From positions 12,586,001-12,650,000 of the forward strand of contig NC_135808.1 in NCBI RefSeq assembly GCF_964213995.1: a stretch of 64,000 nt of DNA. The letters are read 5' to 3'. A program made the position numbers and the translations under genes. Below the pieces are notes generated by a model. It made no database searches and was not told the DNA's origin. It saw only the letters and a program-made list of their open reading frames with translations. The DNA is from Mustelus asterias (Eukaryota). Of this stretch, positions 27,001 to 38,543 are shown one piece after another (position 1 is the stretch's first letter; each line of letters starts with the position of its first letter).

Positions 27001-30000
27001 CCATGCTAATACATTACCCATAAGACCATGCACCGTTATCTTATGCAGCAGCCTTTTGTGTGGCACCATGTCAAATGCCTTCTGGAAATCCAGATACACC
27101 ACATCCACTGGTTCCTGTTGCCCACCGCGCTCATAATGTCCTCAAAGAATTCCACTAAATTAAACATGACCTGCCTTTCATGAACCCATACTGCGTCTTC
27201 CCAATGGGACAATTCATATCCACAGATATCTCATTATTTCTTCCTTGATAGATTCAAGCATTTTCCCCACCACAGAAGTTAAGCTAACCAGCCTATAGTT
27301 ACCTGTCTTTTGTCTACCTCCTTTTTTAAACAGTGGCGTCACATTTGCTGTGTTCCAATCTGCCACCCAGATTCCAGCGAAATTTGGAAAATTACCACTA
27401 GTGCACTTGCTATTTCCCCCGCCATCTCTTTTAGTACCCTGGGATGCATTCCATCAGGGCCAGGAGACTTGTCTACCTTTAGCCCCATTAGCTTGCCCAA
27501 CACTGCTTCTTTAGTGATAATGATAGTTTCTAGGTCCTCATCTGCCATCGCCTTCTTGTCACCAATTTCTGTCGTGTTATTTGTGTCTTCCACTGTGAAG
27601 ACCAACACAAAATACCTGCTCAATACCTCTGCCATTTTCTCATTTCCCATTATTAATTCCCCCTTCTCATCCTCTGAAGGACCAATGTTTCGCTTAGCCA
27701 CTCTTTTTTCTCATATATTTGTCAAAACCTTTTCTACCTGTTTTAATATTCTGACTGAGTTTACTCTCATAATCTATCTTACTTTTCTTTATAGCTTTTT
27801 TCATAGCTGTCTGTTGACCTTTAAAGATTTCCCAATCCTCTAGTTTCCCACTATTCTTTGCCACTTTCTTTCAAATTGACACCCTCCTTTATTTCCTTAG
27901 ATATCCATGGCTGATTATCTCTTTTTCTACTGTCCTTCCTTATCACTGCTGAGCACTGTGAAAAATTGCTTTGAAAGTCCTCCACTGTTCCTCAATTGTC
28001 CCACCATAAAGTTTTGCTCCCAGTCTACGTGGGCCAACATCCCCCCTCATCCAATTGTAGTCTCCTTTGTTTAAGTACAAGAGATTGGTTTTGATTTTAC
28101 CTTTTCACGCTCCGTTTGTATTTTAAATTCAACCATACTGTGATCGCTCCTTCCGAGAGGATCCCCAACTGTGAGATTGTTAATTATTCCTGTCTCATTA
28201 CACAGGATCAGATCTAGGATAGCTTGCTCCCTCATTAGGTTCTATTACAAATTGTTTGAGGAAACAATCATGGATGCATTCTATGAACTCCTCCTCAAAA
28301 CTGCCTTGGCCAATCGACTAAAGTCCCCCATGATAATTGCCGCACCATTTTTACATGCGTCAATTATTTCCTTGTTTATTGTTTGCCCCACCGTGATATT
28401 ATTTGACAGCCTATAGACTACACTGATCAGTTACTTTTTTTCCTTACTATTTCTAATTTCCACCCAAATGGACACAACGCTTTTCTCCATAGAACCTACA
28501 TCATCTCTCACTACCAGCCTGATGTCATCCTTAAACATCAGAGCTACACCACCTCCCATACCTTCTTGTGTGTCCTTCCGAATAGTCTGATACCCCTGGA
28601 TTCTCCCTCAGTGTACCTGAACAGGCGTCGGAGTGTGGCGACTAGGGATTTTCACAGTGACTTCATTGTAGTGTTAGTGTAAGCCTACTGTGATACTAAT
28701 AAATGAACTCAAAACTTGATTCCCACTGTCAATCTACTAAACGAAATCCTGTAGTTGCTGGACATCGGATACAAAATGCTCAAAACTTAGTAAATCAGGC
28801 AGTACTTACATAAACTGAAATAGTGAACATTTTACATCCAAAAGGTCACTGGCCTGAAATATATTCTCCGCTTCTTTCTACACAATTGCTCAATTTGTCC
28901 AGCATTTATGCTCAACTGACGACTGAGTGACGTTAATCTATATATAGACTGTGCAAACTACATTAGCAATAATAGTGACAAATTAATTTCCGAGTAGGAC
29001 TAGTTTTTTGTTTGGACCAGCATGTTTGGATAATTTCTCGTGAAAGTGGTGAATTCCTATAAGAGGTTATTTTGGCGTGCTGTGACTAATTAACTTTTTG
29101 GAACAATTCTGCACTTTTAACCAAGGAAAAATCTGGGTGGAAACGAGTGGCGAGAAGGAAATAAAGAGGCTGAATGGGCTGTACAGACTGGATACAGGGA
29201 TAGCGTAACCTCTGGCTTGGCTCACAATGTCAGGACACGGAGTAGGCCATTTAGCACTGAATTTTCTTCACAGAGGCTGTGGAGGCCACGACACTGAATG
29301 TAACTTAAAAATAGATCTCTAGACAGTAAAGGAATTAAGGAGTATGGGGAGAGAGTAAGAGGTAGAGGAACAACCATGATCACACAATGGTGGAGCAGGC
29401 TAAATGGCCTACTCCTGCTCCTATGAGAGGAGGTCACCAGCACAGGCTGGATGATGCCACATTGGAATCATCTTCCTTTTCCATATTAAAGTTTATTTAT
29501 TGATGAGTCAAGTAGGTTTACATTAACACTGCAATGGAGTTACTGTGAAAATCCCCTAGACGCCACACTCCGGCACCTGTTCGGGTACACGGAGGGAGAA
29601 TTTAGCAGGGCCAATTCACCTAACCTGCACATCTTTGGACTGTGGGAGGAAACCAGAGCACCCGGAGGAAACCCACGCTGACACGGGGAGAACATGCAAA
29701 CTCCACACAGACAGTGGCACAAGCCGGGAATACTGTGAGGCAGCAGTGCGAACCACTGTGCCGCCCCTCATCACTACACTGATGTAGTTTGGCTTAGGGA
29801 GCGACAAGCTTCAAGTGGGTCTTTTGCACCTCCTCTGGGATATTTGCAGTGTCTGGTATACGCAGCTTGCATTTCAATTCTTTTGCCTTAGGGATAAGGG
29901 GTTTATAGTTTTGTCTTCAGCAAAAACAACAACCACAAATTCTGTGTCACCTTTCTTAAGTTTGGTACTGAATAATTCATGAGCGGCAACACTTCCAAGT

Positions 30001-33000
30001 GACAAAGCAATTAAACTACTTACCAATGAGTTTCAAAATTCTCCTTCCTCTCAGTTCTCCTCCTGTTGTGATTTTATAAATTCCTTCGTCTCTAGATGTT
30101 ACATTCATTACCGTCAGAGCGCCAGTGGAAACATTATAATATAAACGAGACTTGAACTGTTCATTTGGCTCCTGTTTGGGCAAATTTGGTGCGTAATCGA
30201 AAATAGTAAAAAGGCTTCCACCACTGTCTGTGAACTCCCATATTACATCAATGCTCCTCAGATCTTCATCAATTTTAAGGTCCAGTGAAGGTGATGAACC
30301 AACAGCAGCAAGTACTTCTTCCTGCCCAACTGATTGACAAAACAAAGTAAGTTAAATACTGGCAGTGAAACGTCAAGAAAAACAACAATAAATAACTGAC
30401 TTATTGGGAGCTCAGAACCTGGATTTCTGAGGGTAGAGATTTCACACAGGTTCAGCAATCTGCAACTCTGAAAATAAAGCCTAGTGCTTGGTTTGCTCTG
30501 TTTCAAGCTTCACTAATGCGTGGCAGAAATCTTAATGAATGCTATATTTGTACTGCAAGATGTCAGTGTTCCTCTACTCTCCCTAAATTGACACCTTCCA
30601 GGTAATAAGTGACTTTTCCCCCCAACCTGAACGACTTCACATTTATCCACATTGAACTTTAGTAATTTACCATTCTGTAAGTTTATTGATTTAGAAACAT
30701 AGAAAAACTACAGCACAAAACAGGCCCTTCGGCCCCACAAGTTGTGCCGAACATACCCCTACCTTTTAGGCCTACCTATAACCCTCCATCCTATTAAGTC
30801 CCATGTATTCATCCAGGAGTCTCTTAAAAGACCCTATTGAGTTTGCCTCCACCACCACTGACGGCAGCCGATTCCACTTGCCCACCACCGTGTGTGTGAA
30901 AAACCTCCCCCTAACATTTCCCTGTACCTACCCCCCCAGCACCTTAATCCTGTGTCCTCTCGTAGCAGCCATTTCCACCCTGGGAAAAAGCCTCAGAGTC
31001 CACCCGATCTATGCCTCTCAACATCTTATATACCTCTATTAGGTCTCCTCTCATCCTACGTCGCCTCAAGGAGAAAAGACCGAGCTCCCTAAGCCTATCC
31101 TCATAAGGCATGCCACTCAATCCAGGCAACATCCTTGTAAATCTCCTCTGCACCCTTTCAATCTTTTCCACATCCTTCCTGTAATGAGGCGACCAGAACT
31201 GAGCACAGTACTCCAAGTGGGGTCTGACGAGGGTCTTGCATAGCTGCATCATTATCCCCGGACTCCTAAACTCAAATCCCTCGATTGATAAAGGCCAGCA
31301 CACCATACGCCTTCTTAACCACCTCCTCCACCTGCGGGGCCGATTTAAGAGTCCTATGCACCCGGACCCCAAGGTCCTTCTGCTCCTCGACAGTACCAAG
31401 AGTCTTTCCCTTTATATTGTACTCCTTCATCCCATTTGACCTGCCAAAATGGAACACTACGCATTTATCTGGGTTGACGTCCATCTGCCACTTCTCCGCC
31501 CAGTCTTGCATCCTATCTATGTCCCTCTGTAACTTCTGACATCCCTCCAGACTATCCACAACCCCACCAACCTTTGTGTCGTCAGCAAACTTACCAACCC
31601 ATCCCTCCACTTCCTCATCCAGGTCATTTATGAAAATGACAAACAGCAAGGGTCCCAGAACAGATCCCTGGGGACCGACCTCCATTTAGAAAAAGATCCA
31701 TCTATACCCACTCTCTGCCTCCTTTGGGCAAGCCAGTTCTGGATCCACAGGGCAACAGCCCCTTGGATCCCATGCCCTCTCACTTTTTCAAGAAGCCTTG
31801 CATGGGGGACCTTATCGAACGCCTTGCTAAAATCCATATAAACCACACCCACCGCTTTCCCTTTGTCAATGTGTTTAGTCACATTTTCGAAGAACTCCAC
31901 CAGGCTCGTAAGGCACGATCTGCCTTTGACAAAGTCATGCCGAGTATTCTTGAGCATACTAAACCTCTCTAAATGCTCATAAATCTTGTCCCTCAGGATC
32001 TTCTCCATCAGCTGACCAACCACTGAGGTTAGACTGACCGGTCAGTAATTTCCTGAGCTATCCCTATTCCCCTTCTTGAAAATAGGAACCACATCCGTAA
32101 TCCTTCGGCAACCTCTCCCGTCTCCATCGACGACACAAAGATCATCACCAGAGGCTCTGCAATCTCTTCCCTCGTCTCCCACAGTAACCTGGGGTACATC
32201 CCATCCGGACCCGGCGACTTATCTATCTTGATGCCATTCAAAGATTCCAGCACAACCTCTTTGTTAAAGTCCACATACTCAATCTTTTCAGTCCACCGCA
32301 TGCCCGCAGTACATCCACCCAGGTCCTTCTCCTCTGAAAACCGAGACAAAATACTCATTAAGCACCTCTGCCATTTCTACTGGTTCCGTACAGATTTTTC
32401 CGCCTTCACCTTTTATTGGCCCTATTCCTTCACGTCTCATCCTTTTACTCTTCACGTATTTATAGAACGCCTTAGGGTTTTCCTTAATCCCACCTGCCAA
32501 GGCCTTCTCGTGACCCCTTCTGGCTCTCCTAATTTCCTTCTTTAGTCCCTTCCTACAAGCCGTATACTCATCTAGATCCCTATCTTCGCCAAGCTCTCTG
32601 AACCTTTTGTACGCTTTCCTTTTCTTCTCGACTAGGTCCCGCACAGCTTTCGTGCACCACGGTTCCTTTAACCTACCAACTCCTCCCTGTCTGCTCGGAA
32701 CGTTGTCCTGCAGAACTCTCGACAGACATTCCTTGAAAAACTGCCACGTCTCTTCAGTACATTTCCCCGAGAATACCTCCTTCCAATTTACTCCTCTAAT
32801 TTGCTGCCTTATGCCTTCATATTTCCCCTTACTCCATATAAACGCTTTCCTAGCTTGCCTGATCCTCTCTTTTTCCAATGCAAGCATAAAGGAATAGAGT
32901 TATGACCGCTATCCCCAAGATGCTCTCCCACTGAGAGATCTGACACCTGTCCAGGTTCATTGGTCAGTATCAGATCAAGTACAGCCTCTCCTCTTGTAGG

Positions 33001-36000
33001 CTTGTCCACATGCTGTGTCAGGAAACCCTCCTGAGCACACCTAACCAACTCCTCCCATCCAATCCCCTTACCCGAGGGAAAAATCCAATCTATGTTTGGG
33101 AAATTAAAGTCTCCCATCACAACAACTCTGCTATTATTGCAACTCTCCAGGATCGGTTTCCCTATCTACTCCTCCACCTCCCTGTTACTATTGGGCGGCC
33201 TATGCAATTATTTAACTTCAGTACATCCGCAGCATAATTTTTAAACTTCAGTACAACATCGTCAGCATAATTAAACTTCACGTTTTATAAATATGAAAAT
33301 CTGTGTTCTGAAGTAATTAAGGAAAAACAGTTACACAGTTTACAGCTAAATCCTCCACATCAGACGAAGACACAAATCTCAGTGAAATCCCCTCTCTGCA
33401 GCCCATGACATTTTACATTTCTCTGTAGAAAGGTGGCTGCTGCGCCGGCCCTGACAAAGATGGCGATGTTAGAATCATAGAATCCTACAGTGCAGGAAGA
33501 GGCCATTTGGCCCATCGAGTCTGCACCGACCACAATCCCACCCAGGTCCTATCCACATATCCTCACATATTTACCCACTAACCACTCTAACCTATGCATC
33601 CCGAGACACTAAGGGGCAATTTTATCATGGCCAATAAACCGTTGCAAAACGACAGATCCAAAAGTTACAAAGTGCAAAAAATGAATCATTTTTACAGTAC
33701 AATACAGTGCTTATTTACAAAACATTACACTCATTACTTAAAACTATGTACATACATCAGAGTTTACTGTGTGCTGTTATTTTTCAGATTAGCACACAGT
33801 TACGCAGGCCGAGGGTATTCTGCAGTTACCGGGCCCTCGGTGGAGACGCTTTACACGGTGGCCTTTCCCCATTGTGCCTTTGCGGCGGCTGCCCAAAGCT
33901 TGAACGCGTCCCTGAGCACGTAGTCCTGGACCTTGGAATGTGCCAGTCTGCAACACTCGGTCGAGGACAATTCTTTCAGCTGGAAGATCAGCAAGTTTCG
34001 GGCGGACCAAAGCGCGTCCTTCACCGAGTTGATGACCCTCCAGCAGCAGTTGATATTTGTCTCCGTGTGCGTCCCCGGAAACAGCCCGTAGAGCACAGAG
34101 CCCTGCATCACCGAGCTGCTCGGGACGAACCGCGACAAATACCACTGCATCTCACTCCAGACCTTCTTTGCAAAGGCACATTCCACAAGGAGGTGTGCGA
34201 CCGTCTCATCAGCCCCGCAGCTGCTTCGAGGGCAGCGTGCGGTGAGGTTGAGCCCTCGGGCGTGCATAAAGGATCTGACGGGGAGTGCCCTTCTCACCAC
34301 CAGCCAAGCCAGGTCTTGGTGCTTGTTTGTGAGTTCTGGTGATGAGGCATTCTGCCAAATGACATTGACAGTCCGCTCAGGGAACCATCCGACAGGATCC
34401 GCCATCTCCTTTTCTCTCAGGGCCTCAAGGACATTACGTGTTGACCACTGCTTGATAGCCATGTGGTCAAAGGTGCGTTTCCGGAAGAATTTCTCCACGA
34501 AGGACAGGTGCTGCGGTACGGTCCAACTACTTGGAGCTTTCATAGAATCATAGAAACCCTACAGGACAGAAAGAGGCCATTCAGCCCATCAAGTCTGCAC
34601 CGACCACAATCCCACCCAGGCCCTACCCCCATATCCCTACATATTTTACCCGCTAATCCCTGTAATCTATGCATCCCAGGACACTAAGGGGCAATTTTAG
34701 CATAGCCAATCAACCTAACCCGCACATCTTTGGACTGTGGGAGGAAACCGGAGCACCCGGAGGAAACCCACACAGACATGAGGAGAATGTGCAAACTCCA
34801 CACAGACAGTGACCCAAGCCAGGAATCACGCTGTTTTGTTTCTTAAAGACTTGATTAGTTGTAAGTATTCGCATTCCAACCATTATTCATGAAAAAATGG
34901 AGTCTGTGCCTTTATATGCCCTGTTTGAGAACAGAATTCCCACTCACCTGAAGAAGGGGCTTGGAGGTCCGAAAGCTTGTGTGGCTTTTGTCAACAAATA
35001 AACCTGTTGGACTTTAACCTGGTGTTGTTAAACTTCTTGCTGTGAAGCAGCAGTGCTAACCACTGTGCTACCGTTCCGCGGCAATGTGGCCAGACCCATC
35101 CTCCGCAACACTTGGGACAGGTAGAACCTCAAAAAATAGTGGCACTTGTTGTTAGCGTACTGAGGATCTACACACAGCTTGATGCAACCGCACACAAAGT
35201 GGCCATCAGGATGAGGACGGCGTTGGGAACGGTTTTCCCTCCGTTCTCTGGAGATTTGTGCATCGCCTCCCTCCGGACACGATCCATCTTTGATCTCCAG
35301 ATAAATTTGAAGAAGGCCTGCGTCACTGCTGCTGCGCAGGATTTGGGGATGGGCCAGACCTGCGCCACGTACAACACGGACAGTGCCTCTCACCAGATGA
35401 CCAGGTTTTTCCCAGTGATAGAGAGGGAGCGTTGCTCCCACAATCCCAATTCTTGTCTGGCTTTGGCGATGTGCTCCTCCCATTTTTTGGCGCATGCCCC
35501 TGCCGCTCCAAACCATATCCCCAGCACCTTGAGGTAGTCTACCCTGACGGTGAAGAGGACAAAGGATGTGTCAGGCCAGTTCCCAAAGAACATGACCTCG
35601 CTCTTACCCTGGGTGACTTTGGCCCGAGGCCAGCTCGAACTGCTCACAGACTTGAAGGAGCCTGCGAACAGACGAGGGGTCCGAGCAGAAAACAGCCACG
35701 TCATCCATGTACAGGGAGGCTTTGACTTGCGTCCCTCCGCTGCCTGGGATTGTAACCCCTTTGATGCCTGGGTCGCTTCTGAGGGCCTCGGCAAAGGGTT
35801 CAATGCAACACACAAAAATGACGGAGGAGAGGGCAGCCCTCTCTGACTCCAGACCTGATCTGAAACATATCTGATTCCCACCCGTTGATTGAAACTGCGC
35901 TACTGATGTCTGTGTAGAGCAGTTGGATCCAATTGCGGATTCCCTTCCTTAAGCCCATTTTGGAGAGCACATCCATCATGTAGCTGTGCGATATTCTGTC

Positions 36001-38144
36001 AAACGCCTTCTCCTGGTCTAGACTGATGAGGCAGGTGTCCACCTGCCTGTCCTGCACATAGGCGATCGTATCCCTGAGTAGCACGAGGCTATCAGATATC
36101 TTCCTGCCGGGTACAGCACAGATCACTGACCCCAGAGCAGACTTGACCCAGTTGCGATGACTTTGGCCAGAATTTTATAGTCCACGTTCAACAGTGAAAT
36201 GGGTCTCCAATTTCTAATTTCTTCCCTTTCCCCCTTCTGCTTGTAGATGAGGGTAATGATGCCTTTCCTCATGGATTCTGACATGCTGCCTTCCAGAAGC
36301 ATACTCTCGTATACTTCCAGGAGGTCCGGGCCCGTCAAGTCCCACAACGCCAAGTAAAACTCAGCCGGTAAGCCATTGCTTCCGGGAGTTTTATCCTTTT
36401 GAAGGGACTCGACGGCCTTTGTCAGCTCATCCAGAGCTACCGGTCTGTCCAGGCTCTCCCGCTCGCCGTCGTCCAAGACCTCCGTGATAGACAACAGGAA
36501 AGACTGGGAGGCCGTGCTGTCTGTTGGCTTCAGGTCATACAGTCCGGCATAGAAGGATTTGCATATTCTCAGAATGTCAGACTGCGATGTCAGACTCCGC
36601 AATTAAGTTACTGTAAAAATCCCCTCGTCGCCACACTCCGGCGCCTGTTCGGCTACACTGAGGGAGAATTTAGGATGGCCAATGCACCTTGATGTGGAGA
36701 TGCCGGCGTTGGACTGGGGTAAACACAGTAAGAAGTCTCACAACACCAGGTTAAAGTCCAACAGGCTTATTTGGTAGCACAAGCCACCAGCTTTCGGAGC
36801 GCTGCTCCTTCATCAGGTGAGTGGGAGTTCTGTTCACAAACAGGGCATATATAGACACAAATTCCATTTACAAAATAATGGTTGGAATGCGTGTCTTCAC
36901 AGGTAATCAAGTCTTAAAAGGTACAGACAATGTGAGTGGAGAGAGGGTTAAGATGTGGAGGAATTAAGGGCTATGGGGAGAGAGCGGGTAAATGGAGTTG
37001 AAATCAACCATGATTGAATGGTGGAGTGGACTCGATGGGCCGAATGGCCTTACTTCCGCTCCTATGTCTTATGGTCTTATGGAGATGCCGGCGTTAGACT
37101 GGGGTAAACACAGTAAGGAATCTAACAACACCAGGTTAAAGTCCAACAGGTTTATTTGGTAGCAAACACCACTAGCTTTCGGAGCGCTGCTCCTTCATCA
37201 GGTGAGTGGGAGATCTGCTCATAAGCAGCAAACAAGGCATATATAGACACAAACTCAATTTACAGAATAATGAATAATGATTGGAATGCGAGTCTTTACA
37301 GCTAATCAAGTCTTAAAGGTACAGACTATGCGGGTGGAGAGAGGGTTAAGCACAGGTTAAAGGATGTGTATTGTCTCCAGCCTGCTCAGTTCAGACTAAA
37401 CTTGCGTCAAGATGGCTGCTGCGCCTGCGCAGTTTGTAACTCGCCCGTACAAACTCGACGTAGTGAGCGACACTCGACCGCAGCCCCGAGACCAGCACAA
37501 CACAACACAGCAAAACCATACTTATCTTACCCAAAAGACCAAGAAATAATGAGGGAATTAAACAGCCACTGCACAGAAAAGTAGAGCCGCAAAGCCGGCG
37601 GAATGAGCCTTGGCCAGTTCGGTACAAACGCGGGACTTCACACACGATGTTTACAAAACCTCCTGATCCAGATCCGGCCCCGGTTTGTGTCTGAGGAAGG
37701 GGCCCAGCTGAGCTGAGCTGAGCTGAGCTGCTCACAAGCCCATCCCCTGTTTGTTTGAGCGTCCTGTCTGCTCCGGCAGGGAAAGGGCTGGGCCCCGGCC
37801 CCGGTCTGTCTCTGAAGAGGCGGCGGCGGAGGGCGGGGAGAGGGGCTCACAACCCCATCCCCTGTTTGTGTGACCCACAGTTTGGGAAAACACTGGAATG
37901 TGATTTACTGTGAAAGGAAACCCGGGAGCGGGGCCAACTCCGCTGCGACAACACACTCACTCACTCAAAACAAACTCAATGAGTTGCAGCCACATTTAAA
38001 CATTTCCTACGACGGTTTCCCAGGAATTAAAAAATAATAATTTCTCCAATTGACATCCTTACCTCCCACAGCGATCAGTTCAAAGGTGAGACTGAAGGAA
38101 AAGCAGCTGAGGAACAACATGACGGTGAATAGCGGTGTATCCAT
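17994..38144 (-). CDS. Spliced gene (6 coding exons, 870 nt, 289 aa): CD2/SLAM-family-like Ig superfamily type-I membrane protein (leader-IgV-IgC2-TM-short tail)
   Basis: Exons 38063-38144, 30024-30329, 25286-25570, 19876-19971, 18714-18778 and 17994-18029 all have GT-AG boundaries, and intron phases 1,1,1,1,0 join into one open frame. IgV lacks the B/F cysteines (SLDLKI..VIWEF..DEGIYKIT); C2 has LTC..W..YTCTMENPVS. Confidence 0.85.
18714..18778 (-). CDS. Exon 5, juxtamembrane cytoplasmic segment
   Basis: Acceptor ccatcaacAG, donor |GTAAGT; YLKWKTGRQPYSYPVSRQHEIS places basic stop-transfer residues right after the TM. Confidence 0.75.
18812..19095 (-). mobile_element. V-SINE with alternative tail (representative; similar at 180-462, 13760-13992, 29487-29765, 47715-47970, 52520-52797)
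   Basis: Same head/V-domain but tail gtgtacccgaacaggcgtcggagtggcgact..ttttcacagtaacttcattgcagtgttaatgtaagcctaNttgtgaC(a)ctaataaa. Confidence 0.85.
19876..19971 (-). CDS. Exon 4, stalk plus transmembrane helix
   Basis: Acceptor ctatttcAG, donor T|GTAAGT, 96 nt; GKECEPSEPANNVQIIVISTVVVAFIAALVIM. Confidence 0.85.
20810..21947 (-). mobile_element. CR1 LINE 3' fragment
   Basis: ORF 21137-21943 has RT motifs. Confidence 0.9.
21950..22290 (-). mobile_element. HE1-type V-SINE with CR1-derived tail (representative; similar at 3455-3752, 6365-6690, 10575-10870, 34540-34830, 50291-50700)
   Basis: tRNA-like head (GGTAGCACAGTGG A-box, GGTTCGATTT B-box), V-domain tgcgtgggtttcctccgggtgctccggtttcctcccac, tail gggccgaatggcctcc..(ttctatga)n. 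Confidence 0.9.
22698..24122 (+). mobile_element. Solo LTR (TG...CA, 4-bp TSD GACT)
   Basis: gact|TGTGACC...GCACAACA|gact; internal AATAAA at ~24035. Confidence 0.7.
22916..23545. mobile_element. Penelope pLTR inverted pair (non-autonomous) inside a solo LTR
   Basis: Same pLTR sequence as 7675-8180 in tail-to-tail arrangement, flanked by ccttattt. Confidence 0.8.
25286..25570 (-). CDS. Exon 3, IgC2 domain
   Basis: Acceptor tctctcttgcAG, donor G|GTGAGT, 285 nt; DPLSEPSINGTCVNGTIELTCQV..ILWWKD..STLII..DFVIYTCTMENPVS. Confidence 0.9.
25930..28600 (-). mobile_element. CR1 LINE, older subfamily, degenerate
   Basis: KSPGPDGMHPRVLKE, GVPQGSVLG, VRPHLEYCVQFWSP. Confidence 0.85.
30024..30329 (-). 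CDS. Exon 2, IgV domain without the canonical disulfide (CD2/SLAM/CEACAM type)
   Basis: Acceptor tttgttttgtcaatcAG, donor G|GTAAGT, 306 nt; VGQEEVLAAVGSSPSLDL..DVIWEF..QFKSRLYYNVSTGALTVMNVTSRDEGIYKIT. Confidence 0.9.
30695..33200 (-). mobile_element. CR1 LINE (endonuclease C-terminus to 3' end), degenerate
   Basis: MGDFNFPNIDW, LDLILTNEP, DFSKAFDKVPH, KFADDTK. Confidence 0.9.
33640..36590 (-). mobile_element. Tx1-clade LINE, 5'-truncated ORF2 (RT + C-terminal zinc knuckle), interrupted at ~34530-35070
   Basis: NWRPISLLNVDYKIL, SLDQEKAFDRISH, ASLYMDDV, CPRSSCGADETVAHLLVECAFAKKVW. Confidence 0.9.
34835..35040 (+). mobile_element. Penelope pLTR fragment
   Basis: Reverse complement of the 8185-8380 pLTR sequence. 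Confidence 0.75.
36691..37382 (-). mobile_element. Two Penelope pLTR fragments separated by a CR1 tail
   Basis: gatgtggagatgccggcgttggactgggg..caccaggttaaagtccaacagg motif at 36691 and 37081. Confidence 0.8.
37168..37210 (-). ncRNA. Minimal type-I hammerhead ribozyme motif in a Penelope pLTR (best-conserved copy)
   Basis: CAC-CUGAUGA-A-GGAGC(AGC)GCUCC-GAA-AGCU-A^GUG: intact core, 5-bp stem II, palindromic stem III, NUH = CUA. Confidence 0.7.
37390..37960. promoter_or_regulatory. Intronic CpG-rich island with YY1-like and NRF1-like motifs
   Basis: CAAGATGGC 37408-37416, TGCGCCTGCGCA 37420-37431, high CpG density, internal ~120-bp duplication. Confidence 0.45.
37515..37545 (-). pseudogene. 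Degenerate U2 snRNA 5' fragment (duplicate of the 38512 module)
   Basis: TTCTTGGTCTTTTGGGTAAGATAAGTATGGT inside a ~105-bp module shared with 38503-38608. Confidence 0.6.
38063..38144 (-). CDS. Exon 1, signal peptide MDTPLFTVMLFLSCFSFSLTFELIAVG
   Basis: ATG at 38144, hydrophobic leader, phase-1 donor G|GTAAGG compatible with the IgV exon. Confidence 0.75.
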
Positions 38145-38259
38145 AAATCTGCAGCCCTGATTACAGACACTACACCCCACTCCCGATTCGATCACAGCAA
38201 CCCTCAGACTCGCTGCAACAGACCGCAGGCAGATTGACAAGAGCCGGGCTCCGAGCTGG

Positions 38260-38395
38260 ATATTTATCAATGAGGAACTGAATAGCGGTTTTTAAGGATT
38301 CAGTCAAACTCTCAGCAAGTGAGGCGTCCCAGGTCCAAAACAAGACAAGGCTCACCACTTCCTGTCTTGGGCTGATCCAAGCTGATTGGAGCAGG
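38260..38395 (-). promoter_or_regulatory. Proximal promoter of the SLAM-like gene: ETS(/RUNX-like) site and CCAAT box
   Basis: ACAGGAAGTGGT (minus, 38354-38365), CCAAT (38385-38389) and GATAAATA ~120 nt upstream of the ATG. Confidence 0.45.
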
Positions 38396-38511
38396 CACTG
38401 CACCTCCTCCAAGGCGCGATCTCACTTGCTAAAGCCAAAAGCGCGCGAATCCGCTTGAAAAAATTGCTCCAAATGAAGCCTCAGTGTAACCTCGTATCGC
38501 AGCACAGCAAA

Positions 38512-38543
38512 ACCACACTGGATCTTAGCCAAAAGGCCAAGAA
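38512..38543 (-). pseudogene. U2 snRNA 5' fragment (nt 6-37)
   Basis: TTCTTGGCCTTTTGGCTAAGATCCAGTGTGGT vs U2 TTCTCGGCCTTTTGGCTAAGATCAAGTGTAGT (29/32). Confidence 0.8.

Noticed and set aside
37706-37730. (GAGCT)5 resembling Ig switch-region / AID hotspot repeats
   Set aside because: Only ~25 bp; true switch regions span kilobases, and there is no Ig constant gene here.
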